From a phage: DNA of 46,874 bases. Both the position numbers and the translations under genes were made by a program. Positions within the stretch are counted from its first letter, which is position 1. Each line of letters starts with the position of its first letter. The stretch lies in the sequence record PZ445467.1. One strand, written 5' to 3'. Below the pieces are notes generated by a model that saw only the letters and a list, made by a program, of their open reading frames with translations, was not told the DNA's origin and ran no database searches. Shown piece after piece: positions 19,002 through 33,726 of the stretch.

Positions 19002-19286
19002 ATGAACGAAACACTAAGGCAGGCAGCAGAGCAAGTTATAAGCGGGACGACAGGACAGGTGATTGACAAGGCTGGATATGCCTCCATTGGTACTGGTATT
19101 GGACTGAAAGTTGCAGAGCAAACGCCTGTCACGCAGTCTTATTTTGAGGCTATGATTCCACACAGTCTGACGGAGTGGGCGGCAGTAGCGTCAATCCTTG
19201 GCGCTCTGTCTCTGGTAATAAAGAACCTGTTTGAAATGTGGTGGAAAGTCCGGGAGTCAAAGAGAAATGACAGCACCAACACCTGA
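19002..19286 (+). CDS. holin-like protein (T7 gp17.5-like architecture)
   Basis: 94 aa; IGTGIG segment, one TM segment (WAAVASILGALSLVIKNLF), basic C-terminus KVRESKRND. Confidence 0.35.
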   Translation: MNETLRQAAEQVISGTTGQVIDKAGYASIGTGIGLKVAEQTPVTQSYFEAMIPHSLTEWAAVASILGALSLVIKNLFEMWWKVRESKRNDSTNT

Positions 19287-19659
19287 AGAACTGGTCAGCC
19301 AAATGGCGAATCGCGGAATGACCATCACCACAACAGATGCGTCTGGCATTCTGTGTCTTGTGGCGTCAATCAGTGAATGCCTTGAGCTGAACTACCCCAA
19401 TGATGAATGCCGGCAAAATGCGATCATGCTGTGGGCTTCCATCCTGATTAGCGCAAATACCGCAGGGCGCTACGTCACCAGTCAGAGCGCACCATCTGGC
19501 GCATCGCAATCATTCGCTTATGGCAGCAAGCCGTGGGTGGCGCTGTACAATCAGATGAAGCTACTGGATACGGCAGGATGCACTGGCGATTTGGTGGAAG
19601 ACCCTGACGGAAGCGGTAAGCCGTGGTTTGCGGTTGTGCGTGGGAGTAAGTGTAAATGA
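19267..19659 (+). CDS. head-tail connector/adaptor protein (putative)
   Basis: ATG 19267 after GGGAG; first of four coupled genes preceding the major tail gene. Confidence 0.4.
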   Translation: MTAPTPEELVSQMANRGMTITTTDASGILCLVASISECLELNYPNDECRQNAIMLWASILISANTAGRYVTSQSAPSGASQSFAYGSKPWVALYNQMKLLDTAGCTGDLVEDPDGSGKPWFAVVRGSKCK

Positions 19660-19997
19660 CTTCACTGGCTAACTGGAGCTACACGCAACCATGCACCATC
19701 TGGCACAAAAGCGGCACTGACAAGTACGGAAAGCCGACTTTTGATGCACCAGTAAGCATCATGTGCGATTATGGCTTTAACGATGATGTATCGACCGATG
19801 CGAAAGGCAATGAGATTGTGCAGAAGAATACCTTCTGGACAGAATACACTGGCGCTAAGGTTGGTGATTACATCATGACTGGCACAGTGACAGAAGCTGA
19901 CCCGCTGGCGGCTGGCGCAAACCAGATTCTGAATGTGATTAATTATGGCAACACGTTCAATCGTGCTGAGCCGCCTGACTTTGCACTGGTGACATAA
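19656..19997 (+). CDS. head closure / head-tail joining protein (putative)
   Basis: ATGA coupling; position in connector cluster. Confidence 0.4.
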   Translation: MTSLANWSYTQPCTIWHKSGTDKYGKPTFDAPVSIMCDYGFNDDVSTDAKGNEIVQKNTFWTEYTGAKVGDYIMTGTVTEADPLAAGANQILNVINYGNTFNRAEPPDFALVT

Positions 19998-20461
19998 TGC
20001 CAGCGAAATTAAGAGGCATTCAGGAGGCAATTCGCAAAACTGAGCAGATAGCTGGCACTATCACGGCAGAAAAAGCGGTGAGAGCAATCAAAAGTGCCAA
20101 CTATATTATTCGCACAGAAGCGGCAACAATAACGCCAATTGATACATCAAACCTTATCAATAGCCAATATGATACGGTGGAAGTGTCAGGGACGAGGATA
20201 ACAGGAAAAATAGGATATTCTGCTGATTATGCTCTATATGTTCACCGCGCACCGGGGACACTAAAAGGAAAGCCACGCGCTCATTTTGGCAAGACCAATA
20301 ACCTTTCAGATTTTGGCCCGAAACAGGTTAAGGAATTTGGTGGCGGCTCGCTGACAGGTAACTACTGGGACCCAAATGCCGAGCCACAATTCCTGACCAA
20401 GGCGGCGCAGCGCACAAAAGACCTGGTTGATAGTGTGATTAAGAAGGAGATGAAACTGTGA
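19997..20461 (+). CDS. tail-component protein (HK97 gp10-like, putative)
   Basis: TAATG coupling; position. Confidence 0.4.
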   Translation: MPAKLRGIQEAIRKTEQIAGTITAEKAVRAIKSANYIIRTEAATITPIDTSNLINSQYDTVEVSGTRITGKIGYSADYALYVHRAPGTLKGKPRAHFGKTNNLSDFGPKQVKEFGGGSLTGNYWDPNAEPQFLTKAAQRTKDLVDSVIKKEMKL

Positions 20462-20832
20462 ACATGCTTGAGCTGGTTGATGCATATCTTCAGGATGCAG
20501 GATTGTATGATGGCTGGACTTCGCAGTTGCAGTTCTGGAACGACACCGGAGATGGCAACGAGCAATTTATTGTTCTGCAATCCAATGGTGGCACGCAGGT
20601 GATGGACGGCCTCGGCGGTGACTTCTATTTCTCGCTGTACGTTGTTGGGAAACAAGGCCAGTACAATGTTGCTGATGTCGACGCTAAAGCCAATGAGATT
20701 ATCGAATACATCAAGACACATCCGATTGATTCATGCGTGAACTACATCCAGTTGCAGGCTCCTCTCGGACGACCAATGTTGACGGAGGAGAAGCGCCCTG
20801 TGCATGAGTTGCTTTTGCGGGTTGTGAAATAA
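20458..20832 (+). CDS. tail terminator / completion protein (putative)
   Basis: GTG start 8 nt after AGGAG; last gene before the major tail region. Confidence 0.4.
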   Translation: MNMLELVDAYLQDAGLYDGWTSQLQFWNDTGDGNEQFIVLQSNGGTQVMDGLGGDFYFSLYVVGKQGQYNVADVDAKANEIIEYIKTHPIDSCVNYIQLQAPLGRPMLTEEKRPVHELLLRVVK

Positions 20833-21497
20833 ATAAAGCCGCACGAAGCGGCCTTATTGCTGGTTTAAGCATTGCCAGCATGCTTTCTTAATATCCAGCC
20901 CCGTAACCCATACATACCCCTACATATGATTGCGATAATGCTGGATATTAAGTGTTGTGGTGGCCGGTGCTGATATCCGGCATAAGGCGCTTATTCGGCG
21001 GCGTCGAGCTTGCTTATTCGCTTGAGCCATCCTCGTGAGTCAGCCACGTCCCACTGCGCATCAGCCTGCGCATTCACCACAACGGAAATAGCACTGGATA
21101 ACCAAGCGCGCAGACTCTTCACGATTATCTGCTCAATGCTCTTACCTGTTGTGTGCCACGTTTCGTGTGGCTTACGGCAACGACATTACCGGGTTATTCG
21201 CTGCACCCTTGAGGGATTTACTAAGGCGACATGCCCGTTGTTACCCACGAATGAGAGTACTGTCTTCGAGCAGACTTTGCCGCGCAAGAACGACGATCAA
21301 TCACAATACCCTCATTTGTGGGTGCCCATTATTAATCACAGCGGGCCACTGCGCCGAATTTGCTTACAAGGAATCGGAAGACCTTGCTGACTTACAGGCT
21401 ATTACGCCGCCATCAGAACAACATCATCGTTTGCATTTATCTTTGTGGTCAGTTTCTAAAAAGTCCGCAAAGTCGCTTACGAAAACCATCTGAAATA
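20833..21497. other. ORF-poor, inverted-repeat-rich region
   Basis: no convincing CDS; 13-bp inverted repeat CTTAATATCCAGC (20887-20899) / GCTGGATATTAAG (20940-20952); hairpins at 20867-20885 and 20963-20981. Confidence 0.5.
20838..20860 (+). terminator. weak rho-independent terminator
   Basis: stem GCCGC/GCGGC with 5-nt loop then CTTATTGCTGGTTT. Confidence 0.3.
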
Positions 21498-21542
21498 CAA
21501 TCTACACCACAAAATAATCACTGTCAACACCTGTGATATAAT
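21498..21542 (+). promoter_or_regulatory. promoter of major tail gene with ATCTAC motif
   Basis: motif 21498-21510; extended -10 TGaTATAAT at 21534-21542; GGAGA SD before ATG 21579. Confidence 0.5.
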
Positions 21543-21578
21543 CACCACGTTAGCAGCTAACACAATTCGGAGATCGAA

Positions 21579-22295
21579 ATGGCTATTTGTGCAAATGATA
21601 AAGGCGTTCTGGTCGGTCGCATGACCAGACTGTTCCTTGCTGAAGGGTGCGGAGACGCAGTTCCGGAGGCGGGAGACTGGAAGTATTTAGGCTCAACCAC
21701 CAGTAAGGGTGTTGACTACTCGCCGCAGACTACCACGTCGGAGGCAGATACCACTGGCGGTTTTGTTTCCACTCTCGTTACCAGCTCTGATATGACCATC
21801 AGCGCAGAGGTGGAAATCCGCAAGAATGACCCGAGCGATGAGTTTGGCTTCCATCGTCTGGTTGAGATTTACGCCACCGAACTGAAAGCTCGTCGCCAGC
21901 CTTCCTTGTGGGTGCGTCAGGTGACTGGTGCGACTATCGTTACGGCGTATTGCAACATCACCAGCATCAGCTACGAAGGTGGTACGAACGATATCGTTAC
22001 TGGCAGCCTTGAGTTCAAGGTTTACGATTCTGATAGCGTTACCGTCGAAAGCCTTGAGCCTCTGGCATTCACTACAGACCTGCCATCAACTGGCACGGCT
22101 GGCAACCCGTTAACTGTTGCTGTTGAAGGTGGTGTCGCTCCTTACACTTATGTATGGCGCAAAGATGGCGTGGTTGTCGGCAGCGAATCAGGCGCGTCTC
22201 TGGCAAGCCCTACCGCTGGCGTGTATACCGTCACGGTGACTGATTCGTCTACTGACCCTGAAATTATTATCAGCACGGCTTGCACTGTGTCCTGA
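21579..22295 (+). CDS. major tail protein with C-terminal Ig-like domain
   Basis: 238 aa; Thr/Val/Gly-rich C-terminal ~80 aa typical of Ig-like decoration; position before chaperone and tape measure. Confidence 0.6.
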   Translation: MAICANDKGVLVGRMTRLFLAEGCGDAVPEAGDWKYLGSTTSKGVDYSPQTTTSEADTTGGFVSTLVTSSDMTISAEVEIRKNDPSDEFGFHRLVEIYATELKARRQPSLWVRQVTGATIVTAYCNITSISYEGGTNDIVTGSLEFKVYDSDSVTVESLEPLAFTTDLPSTGTAGNPLTVAVEGGVAPYTYVWRKDGVVVGSESGASLASPTAGVYTVTVTDSSTDPEIIISTACTVS

Positions 22296-22302
22296 TAAAT
22301 AA

Positions 22303-22330
22303 AAAAGCCCCGGAAGGGGCTTGTTTTATT
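22303..22330. terminator. bidirectional rho-independent terminator
   Basis: stem AAGCCCC/GGGGCTT with GGAA loop, flanked by A-run and TTGTTTTATT. Confidence 0.65.
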
Positions 22331-22592
22331 CTTGCGGTGGCTCTGGTAGTGGCATCCAGTGGGTGGCATCACTAATCCAGCCATATTCATTAGTTTGAGG
22401 GTGATTACCGCGCCCATCTCCGTATTTAAAACTCTCCATAAAGCCATAATGTTTATCACCATTAATGTTCACAAAACCGTAATAAGCAGGAATAACGCCG
22501 ATCTCACACGTAACCAGTAAGGGAAAACTAGTTCTCCAGTTTAGCTCGCCAATTACAGGCATCCTCTCACTGCACTTAATCCACTGGATCAT
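22326..22592 (-). CDS. DUF551-like protein (88 aa)
   Basis: C-terminal WISDATHWMPLPEPP resembles the DUF551 phage domain signature. Confidence 0.45.
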   Translation of the reverse strand: MIQWIKCSERMPVIGELNWRTSFPLLVTCEIGVIPAYYGFVNINGDKHYGFMESFKYGDGRGNHPQTNEYGWISDATHWMPLPEPPQE

Positions 22593-22732
22593 ATCACCTT
22601 ATCCTCATCAAAAATCACACCAATCACACGAAGCAAGTCTTTCGCCATGCGTTCAGCTTCTTCATAGTCGTAACCCGCATCGACATACAAATCGGTGTAG
22701 AAAATCAGGTCGGATTTTGTTTGTTCGTTCAT
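22589..22732 (-). CDS. hypothetical small acidic protein (47 aa)
   Basis: ATGA overlaps on both sides; below ORF-track cutoff. Confidence 0.35.
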   Translation of the reverse strand: MNEQTKSDLIFYTDLYVDAGYDYEEAERMAKDLLRVIGVIFDEDKVI

Positions 22733-22923
22733 TTTTTATCGTCGCTCTTAACTAATGCCCAAACAAGCGCGGCGACCCAGCCAATAAAACTCCATCCAAC
22801 GAGAATATTCAGTACGCAGATTGCAGTCGTGTTTACGTGCTTGCGTTGCAGAGCCACAAAAGATGGCAGGAGGTACGCAAATATCACCAACCCAACAAAA
22901 AACAACAAAATAACGACGTCCAT
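22729..22923 (-). CDS. superinfection immunity-type small membrane protein
   Basis: 64 aa; RKHVNTTAICVLNILVGWSFIGWVAALVWAL matches the LLGW..IGW..AL.WA signature; GAGG SD. Confidence 0.55.
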   Translation of the reverse strand: MDVVILLFFVGLVIFAYLLPSFVALQRKHVNTTAICVLNILVGWSFIGWVAALVWALVKSDDKK

Positions 22924-22955
22924 AGCTAACCTCAACTGTTAATAACTTGTTTATA

Positions 22956-23249
22956 TTACATGCCATTCTTTTCACACAAAGCAACAGCCACATCACGCAA
23001 TTGCTCTTTAGTCATATCCTTGCGTGCATAAACCATTTCTACGATAGCAAGGCCGATTATTTCTGCTGATTCGTTGTTTTTTGCAGAACCTTTTACCACC
23101 ACTTCCGCAAGATTCTTGCTGATACCGTTATCGCGAACATCAGCAGTGTTCATGGCGATTTCTCCAATGTTTTTGCACATATCGGAAGTCGCACTGGCGG
23201 CAAAAGAAGAAGCCAATAGTACAGATGCAATCAACATTTTAATTTTCAT
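22956..23249 (-). CDS. small secreted protein with signal peptide (97 aa)
   Basis: MKIKMLIASVLLASSFAASA then AxA-type cleavage site; GAGGTGAG SD. Confidence 0.5.
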   Translation of the reverse strand: MKIKMLIASVLLASSFAASATSDMCKNIGEIAMNTADVRDNGISKNLAEVVVKGSAKNNESAEIIGLAIVEMVYARKDMTKEQLRDVAVALCEKNGM

Positions 23250-23287
23250 AACTCACCTCATTTATTCATCACTCGTTTCGATGACTT

Positions 23288-23337
23288 GAATCTACATCAC
23301 CACCTCGCAGGTGTCAACACCACTGAGATGATATAAT
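23288..23337 (+). promoter_or_regulatory. promoter of tail chaperone/tape measure operon with ATCTAC motif
   Basis: motif 23288-23301; GTCAACACC element; extended -10 TGaTATAAT 23329-23337. Confidence 0.5.
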
Positions 23338-23366
23338 CAACATCAGTCAAATTCAGGATGCAAAAC

Positions 23367-24074
23367 ATGAGCAATCGCACGCCACTAACAGAAATCGGGG
23401 AGATGCGCATCTCTCTTTCTGACAGGAGTTTTTTCTTTAAGCCATCATTCCGCGCAATGAATGAAATTGGCACACCAAAAGAAATCGTCGAGGTGTACGC
23501 TAAGCTCAATGGCATTGATTATGTTGCGCCATTGCAGCACGTCGAGTACCTGCCATTTGGCGCGCAGATGCAGGTTATGAAGACCATCAGCAAGCCTGTT
23601 TATGGTCGCCATGTGCTGAGTGCGGCCTATATCGTAATGCAGTCATGCTGTGAAGATGATGTTTCTGTGCTGATTGGTGGATGGAAGCCAACTCCGCGCG
23701 GCGTGCGATATGTGCCGGGCATCATGCCTGTGAGCGACATTATTATTATTGCGCGCAACCTGATGCAGCACGGCGTCATTGGCAAATCACCACTCAAAGT
23801 GCCTGAACGCCTGGAAGAGCAGGGCAAGAAAACCACAAACGAGTTTCATGCGTCTCAATACATCATCTCAGCACGCACGCATTTCGACATGACGCGCGAT
23901 GAGGCTGAAAACCTGTCTATGACAGAGTTTCAAATGATGATTAAGAATAAATATCCAGAGCCGAAAGGGTTAACGAAAGAAGAGCGCGCGGCAGAGTACG
24001 ATCAGGCCAAAGCAGACCGTGAGCGCATGAAGGCACTGGCTGAACGCAAAGCGAAAAAAGCGAGGAATACATAA
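23367..24074 (+). CDS. putative tail assembly chaperone (235 aa)
   Basis: position immediately upstream of tape measure; charged Lys/Arg/Glu-rich C-terminus; no frameshift site identified. Confidence 0.35.
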   Translation: MSNRTPLTEIGEMRISLSDRSFFFKPSFRAMNEIGTPKEIVEVYAKLNGIDYVAPLQHVEYLPFGAQMQVMKTISKPVYGRHVLSAAYIVMQSCCEDDVSVLIGGWKPTPRGVRYVPGIMPVSDIIIIARNLMQHGVIGKSPLKVPERLEEQGKKTTNEFHASQYIISARTHFDMTRDEAENLSMTEFQMMIKNKYPEPKGLTKEERAAEYDQAKADRERMKALAERKAKKARNT

Positions 24075-27015
24075 TGGCTGAAGAAGTCGGCGGAATTGTC
24101 TATGAAGTCGGGATGGATGTATCCGGACTTAAAGCTGGCACAAGTTCAGCGGAATCAGAATTATCAAAATTTGACTCCGCTGTAAGTGGCTCCACGAAGA
24201 ATTTAAATAAACTTGATGGTCAGGCTGACTCAACTGGCAAGGCATTCTCCTCCCTTGTCTCCGTGGTTAAAAGCATTGATGCAACACTCAGCAAGATGGC
24301 AGCTTCCAGTGATGGTGCAGCAAGCGCTGTCAAGTCAACATCGCAATCTGCTGAGTCAGCGAATCAGGTTATCGATGCATTAAATCAGCAACTTGCCATG
24401 ATGCAGCAGCAACAGCAACAAGCCGCTGTATCAACAGGAAGGCTGGAAACCTCAATTAATGCCGTTACGACTGCTATTCGTGAGCTTGGAACATCAACTG
24501 GCGGCGCTGGCGCAAGCATATCTGGCACAGAAAGATTAATTGAAAGCCTCGGCAATCAGGTTGCCATTCTTGAAGAGCAAATGGAAAACGGCGCGAGAAG
24601 TGCGGCAATTCTTGCGGCGCAACTCAGAGCTGGAGATGGCGCAACTGACGCGCAAAAGGCCAAGATTGCTGAGCTGACTGGTCGCCTGTACGACATGAAG
24701 AATGGCACAGAGTCGGCTGGCAAATCCACAAACGGATTCAGGAACGCGCTACAACAGGGCGGTTATCAGGTTCAGGACTTTATTGTTCAGGTTCAGAGTG
24801 GGCAGTCTGCTCTTGTTGCATTCAGTCAGCAGGGTTCGCAACTTGCATCTGTATTCAGTCCGGTGGCTGGCGCAGTGTTAACGATAGCGACAGTTATCGC
24901 CGGCTCACTGATGGCCTCACTTAGTAACGGCAAGAATGCCATTAATGCCATGAAGGATGCCATATCTGCAATGGATCAGGTCATCAGTGTTTCCAGTAAC
25001 GGCGTGGCAGCATACTCAGATAAGTTTGCAGCACTGGCAAAAGCCAACACAACAGTTGCGACACTGATGCGCCAGCAAGCGCAACTTGAACTTTCAGCGG
25101 CTCTCTCTAAGGTATCGAAAGAAGTATCAAAAGCATCAGGTGAGTTCGTCACCTTTGGTGACAGACTTTTCGCATCTTTTGCTGGTGCAAACGTCAGCGT
25201 TAAATCATTCAACGATTACCTCTCAATGCTGAATATCACTACCAATGATTTCAGCGAGGCAATGAAGCAGGCTGCATCTGCCGGACTTGCCGGGCAATCC
25301 ACGATGAATAATATGATTGCCACCGTTGGCGCTCTGGCAAGTCGATTTGATTTGACCGACCAGCAAGCATTTGAATTTGCTAAACAACTCTCTGAAATCG
25401 CCAAAAACCCGAGCAATGAAAAACTTAATGCTTTAATTGTTACTCTGCAAAAGGTAGGTGAAGGACAGTCATCTGGCGCACAAAAGGCACGAGAATATGC
25501 TGCTCGTTTGCTGGAAATTGCCACCACAACAACTGACGCAACAATGCGCCTGAAAGCTCTTAAGGAGATGACTGACTCCTTAACGTCAAGTCAGGACAAG
25601 GCATTGCAAACTGCTCGTCAGACACTGTTTATTGAGAAGCAAACTGGCGATGAAAAACTAAAAGCTCAGGCATGGCGTGATGCGGAGGCTCAGGGATTAA
25701 AGCAGAATACCGCTGCGTTTCGTGAATATTACAATGTCAGACTTGAGACGTACCGTCAGCAGGAAAAAAACGCTCAGGCAGCAAAAGATGAACGTAATGC
25801 AAACAACCAGCTAAAAACTGAATTAAAGCAACAGGAAACAATCCAGCAGAAATTAAATAAACTGCGGCAGGAAGCTCTACTTGCTGGTCAGGCAGAATCC
25901 ACAAAAGAACTATCCCGCGAGCAAGCCATTCTCAACGCGCAGCAATCGCTTGGCAAAGCTGCCACTCAGGAGCAAATAAAACTGGCTGGTGAGTACGCTG
26001 CGAAGATTTGGGACCAGAAGAATGCACTGAAGGAACAGGCGGAAGCGGAGAAAGAAAAGCAGCGGGTAGAAAAATCATATCAGGGATTACGTGCCATTGC
26101 GTCACCAACGACTGGCATTGACAGCGAATACCAGCAACGCATGGCTGACCTTGATGCTTATGCTGCTGCGTACCCACAGAAAATTACAGAGATTGAACAG
26201 ACTCGCGCGTCCATTGAAGCACAATACCGCCAGCAGAGAATGGATGCTATGTGGGCTGAATGGCAGCAACAAAGCCTCGGAGCGCAACTGTTTGGCACCG
26301 CGCTGGATTCTGCAATGAGCACGGCATCAAACAGCATCACCGGATTGCTGACAGGTACAATGAGCGTTCAGGATGCCATGCGCAGTCTCGGCTCTACAGT
26401 GCTTAACTCGCTGGTAAATAGCTTCGTCGAGATGGGCGTGCAGTGGGTAAAATCTGCCGTTATGGGACAGACTGCACAGGTTACGGCTACGGCAACCACA
26501 ACGGCTGCGCAAACGGCAGGACTGGCAACTACAACAGCAGCATCCACTGCGGCGGCAGCCACCACCACGGCAGCGTGGACTCCGGCAGCAATCGTCGCAT
26601 CAATCGGTTCATTCGGCGGCGCTGCTGCAATTGGGGTAGGCGCTGTTCTTGGGGCGCTGGCGATGGGTATCGCTGGCAAGCGAAAAAATGGTGGTCCTGT
26701 TAGCGCCGGAAGTATGTACGAAGTGGGCGAAAATGGCTTACCTGAGATATTCCAGGCATCCAACGGTCGCCAGTACATGATTCCCGGAAATGACGGTTCA
26801 GTTATCAGCAACAAAGACCTGACAGGCGGCAGCGGTGGCGTCGTGGTTTATAATAGCATCATCAATAACAGCTCAGCGCAGGTTAGCAGCAGCGCCAGAG
26901 ATAATGGTGATGGCAGCGTAACAGTTGAGACGATTGTGAGTGATATTGAGAACAACGGCGCGATAGGGCAGGCTATTTCAAGAAATTACTCAACAAACCG
27001 GAGAGCAACAGAATA

Positions 27016-27016
<1 letters not shown>
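24074..27016 (+). CDS. tail tape measure protein
   Basis: 980 aa, Ala/Gln-rich helical protein with Ala/Thr low-complexity tract and hydrophobic segment near C-terminus. Confidence 0.85.
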
Positions 27017-31738
<4,722 letters not shown>

Positions 31739-31777
31739 TACAATATACATCAAATTCACAAAGGAGCATTTATTATA

Positions 31778-33685
31778 ATGACTACCACACCAACTAATAA
31801 ACCAATTCCGTCTGAAGACCCGCGCGACCTGAAATTTAATGCCGGGAAAATCGACGAGGTGGTAACATCTAACGCGCATTACTACACCGACCGCTTCGGA
31901 GTTCGCCGGTTTACTATCGCCGGTTTCCAATATACAGCAGAAGAAGCTATCCGTAATTATGGCTATATCACGATGGACAGTTTTGAGGATGGGGCGACAC
32001 TGACGTTGCCTAATCAGGTTCTGCGCTATGAGGCTACTGGCGAATATTACCGCTGGGACGGTGAATTTCCTAAAACTGTTTCTGCCGGCTCAACACCTGA
32101 AGCATCTGGTGGTGTTGGTATTGGTGCATGGGTTAGTGTTGGTGATGCTTCATTGCGCAGTGATTTGGCCCTAAGCACTGGCGCAGGGTTAGTTGGGACA
32201 ACATCCGGCAGGACCGTACAGGCAGAGTTTGACCATTTCAAAATAGGGTATATGACACCCGATGATTTCGGCGCGGTAGGTGATGGTGCCACCGACGACA
32301 CCACGCCTTTGCAACAGGCTATTGACTATTGTTCAAGCAACGGTATCGCGTTAAGAATCCCCGCAAAATCTTATGTTTGGAATGGCGGTATTATAACTTC
32401 ACCCATAACAATAATCGGTGACAGACGTCCAGATTACAATTTTAGCTCCAATTCTATGTCTAACGGGTCTGTCATAATTGGCAATTTAAGATTTTCCGCA
32501 AGCCAGGTGATTATTAAGTCACTTGGTGTGCGTAGGCCTACAGGCTCCCCCGGAGATTGTCTGGTGTTATCGACCGATAACTATGCTGGTGGGTCTTGTA
32601 TTGTTCAAGATGTAGTTGCCGCGGGCCTTTCCGGTTCGGACACGTACCACAGCGTTCTTGTTGAAGGCTACGATTCCGCGCATGTATCTCAAATAACTGG
32701 CGGTTATAATCTTTTTGGCCTCGCGATTAAGTCAAGAAACGTTGTTGCCAGAGGCGTAATAACCGTAAGCTGTGATACTGGCGTTATCATTAAATCTGAT
32801 AGTGAGTTCAGCACGGCAAAAAATGTGGTGCTGGACGGGCACATTAATGTCGGTAATGGTGTTTCTAGTCAAGGTGTTTGGATTTACAGCACAACCGCAC
32901 AACTTGAGCGTATTACCTGCGCAAACTTACAAAGCATCGATTCCGCTATACATATGCGGATTAAGTCCGAAAACGTAGCTAATGACGTGCAAATTGTTGG
33001 GGCAAATTATTCAGGATCTACTTATGCGGATGTGCTCGTCGAAGGCACTTCGGCTGGCACGTTGAACAATGTTAGTTTAGATAGTATAACCGCAGTAAAT
33101 AGCCAGAAATTTATGGCTGCAGGTTTCTGTGAACAACTGATGGTAACAGGATTCTATGGGTCCCTGAAACCCGGCGCTCCCGCCGATACTGCGTTTGAGG
33201 TTAGCGCCGCCGTAGGGCTTTTTAGCGGGTCAAATATCCAACTAGTCCGTCAATACAGCAGTGACCTAATGACAATGAATCTCGGTAACAGTTATCTTAA
33301 TAATAGATTATCATCTGTTAAGGCGAAAGTAATAGGAAACGGCAAACCTAGGCCTGGGTATAAAGAACAGAATCTTAGCGGCGCTGCGGCTACAATGATT
33401 GTTGGCGACAGTTTGGGGCCCTCTGGGGTTGTGTCTGTCACCGCGATATCCTCCGGCAGTTCATTCAGCAGTATTGCTATTAATGACGACTATGGTCAGC
33501 CGGTTAAGCCAGGTTTTCTTCTAATAATCCGAAACGCATCCGCTATCTCGTTCGTTATGAACCATAATCCAGGGTCTGGTGGAATCGCAAATAACGGGGC
33601 GGTTGGTAAGACCATTGCGGACGGAGACACTATAATGTACGTTTTTGACGGGACGAATTGGCGTCAAACTCCATCTATAGCTTAA
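31778..33685 (+). CDS. tailspike with pectate-lyase-fold (beta-helix) depolymerase domain
   Basis: 635 aa; DFGAVGDGATDDTTPLQQAIDYCSSNGIALRIPAKSY is the classic pectate-lyase-3 N-terminal signature; conserved N-terminal anchor region. Confidence 0.75.
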   Translation: MTTTPTNKPIPSEDPRDLKFNAGKIDEVVTSNAHYYTDRFGVRRFTIAGFQYTAEEAIRNYGYITMDSFEDGATLTLPNQVLRYEATGEYYRWDGEFPKTVSAGSTPEASGGVGIGAWVSVGDASLRSDLALSTGAGLVGTTSGRTVQAEFDHFKIGYMTPDDFGAVGDGATDDTTPLQQAIDYCSSNGIALRIPAKSYVWNGGIITSPITIIGDRRPDYNFSSNSMSNGSVIIGNLRFSASQVIIKSLGVRRPTGSPGDCLVLSTDNYAGGSCIVQDVVAAGLSGSDTYHSVLVEGYDSAHVSQITGGYNLFGLAIKSRNVVARGVITVSCDTGVIIKSDSEFSTAKNVVLDGHINVGNGVSSQGVWIYSTTAQLERITCANLQSIDSAIHMRIKSENVANDVQIVGANYSGSTYADVLVEGTSAGTLNNVSLDSITAVNSQKFMAAGFCEQLMVTGFYGSLKPGAPADTAFEVSAAVGLFSGSNIQLVRQYSSDLMTMNLGNSYLNNRLSSVKAKVIGNGKPRPGYKEQNLSGAAATMIVGDSLGPSGVVSVTAISSGSSFSSIAINDDYGQPVKPGFLLIIRNASAISFVMNHNPGSGGIANNGAVGKTIADGDTIMYVFDGTNWRQTPSIA

Positions 33686-33687
33686 AA

Positions 33688-33717
33688 CTAAGGCCCCGAA
33701 AGGGGCCTTTTATCTTT
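33688..33717. terminator. bidirectional rho-independent terminator
   Basis: stem AAGGCCCC/GGGGCCTT with GAAA loop, T-rich tail; between convergent tailspike and ssb. Confidence 0.7.
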
Positions 33718-33726
33718 GGTCACCAT

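Noticed and set aside
21010-21493. Two overlapping plus-strand ORFs (126 and 114 aa) in the ORF-poor region
   Set aside because: No ribosome-binding sites, mutually overlapping in different frames, Arg/Cys-rich composition unlike the other phage proteins; treated as non-coding.
20833-21578. tRNA gene in the long non-coding region
   Set aside because: No GTTCRANYC-type T-loop or cloverleaf found by eye; cannot be excluded without tRNAscan-SE or Infernal.
23367-24074. Programmed -1 frameshift in the tail assembly chaperone gene
   Set aside because: The only slippery-like heptamer (T TTT TTC near 23430) is at the N-terminus and the -1 frame terminates immediately; the tape measure gene starts at the chaperone stop.
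26368-26814. Alternative-frame and antisense ORFs inside the tape measure gene
   Set aside because: They coincide with the Ala/Thr low-complexity tract of the tape measure protein, where all frames stay open.
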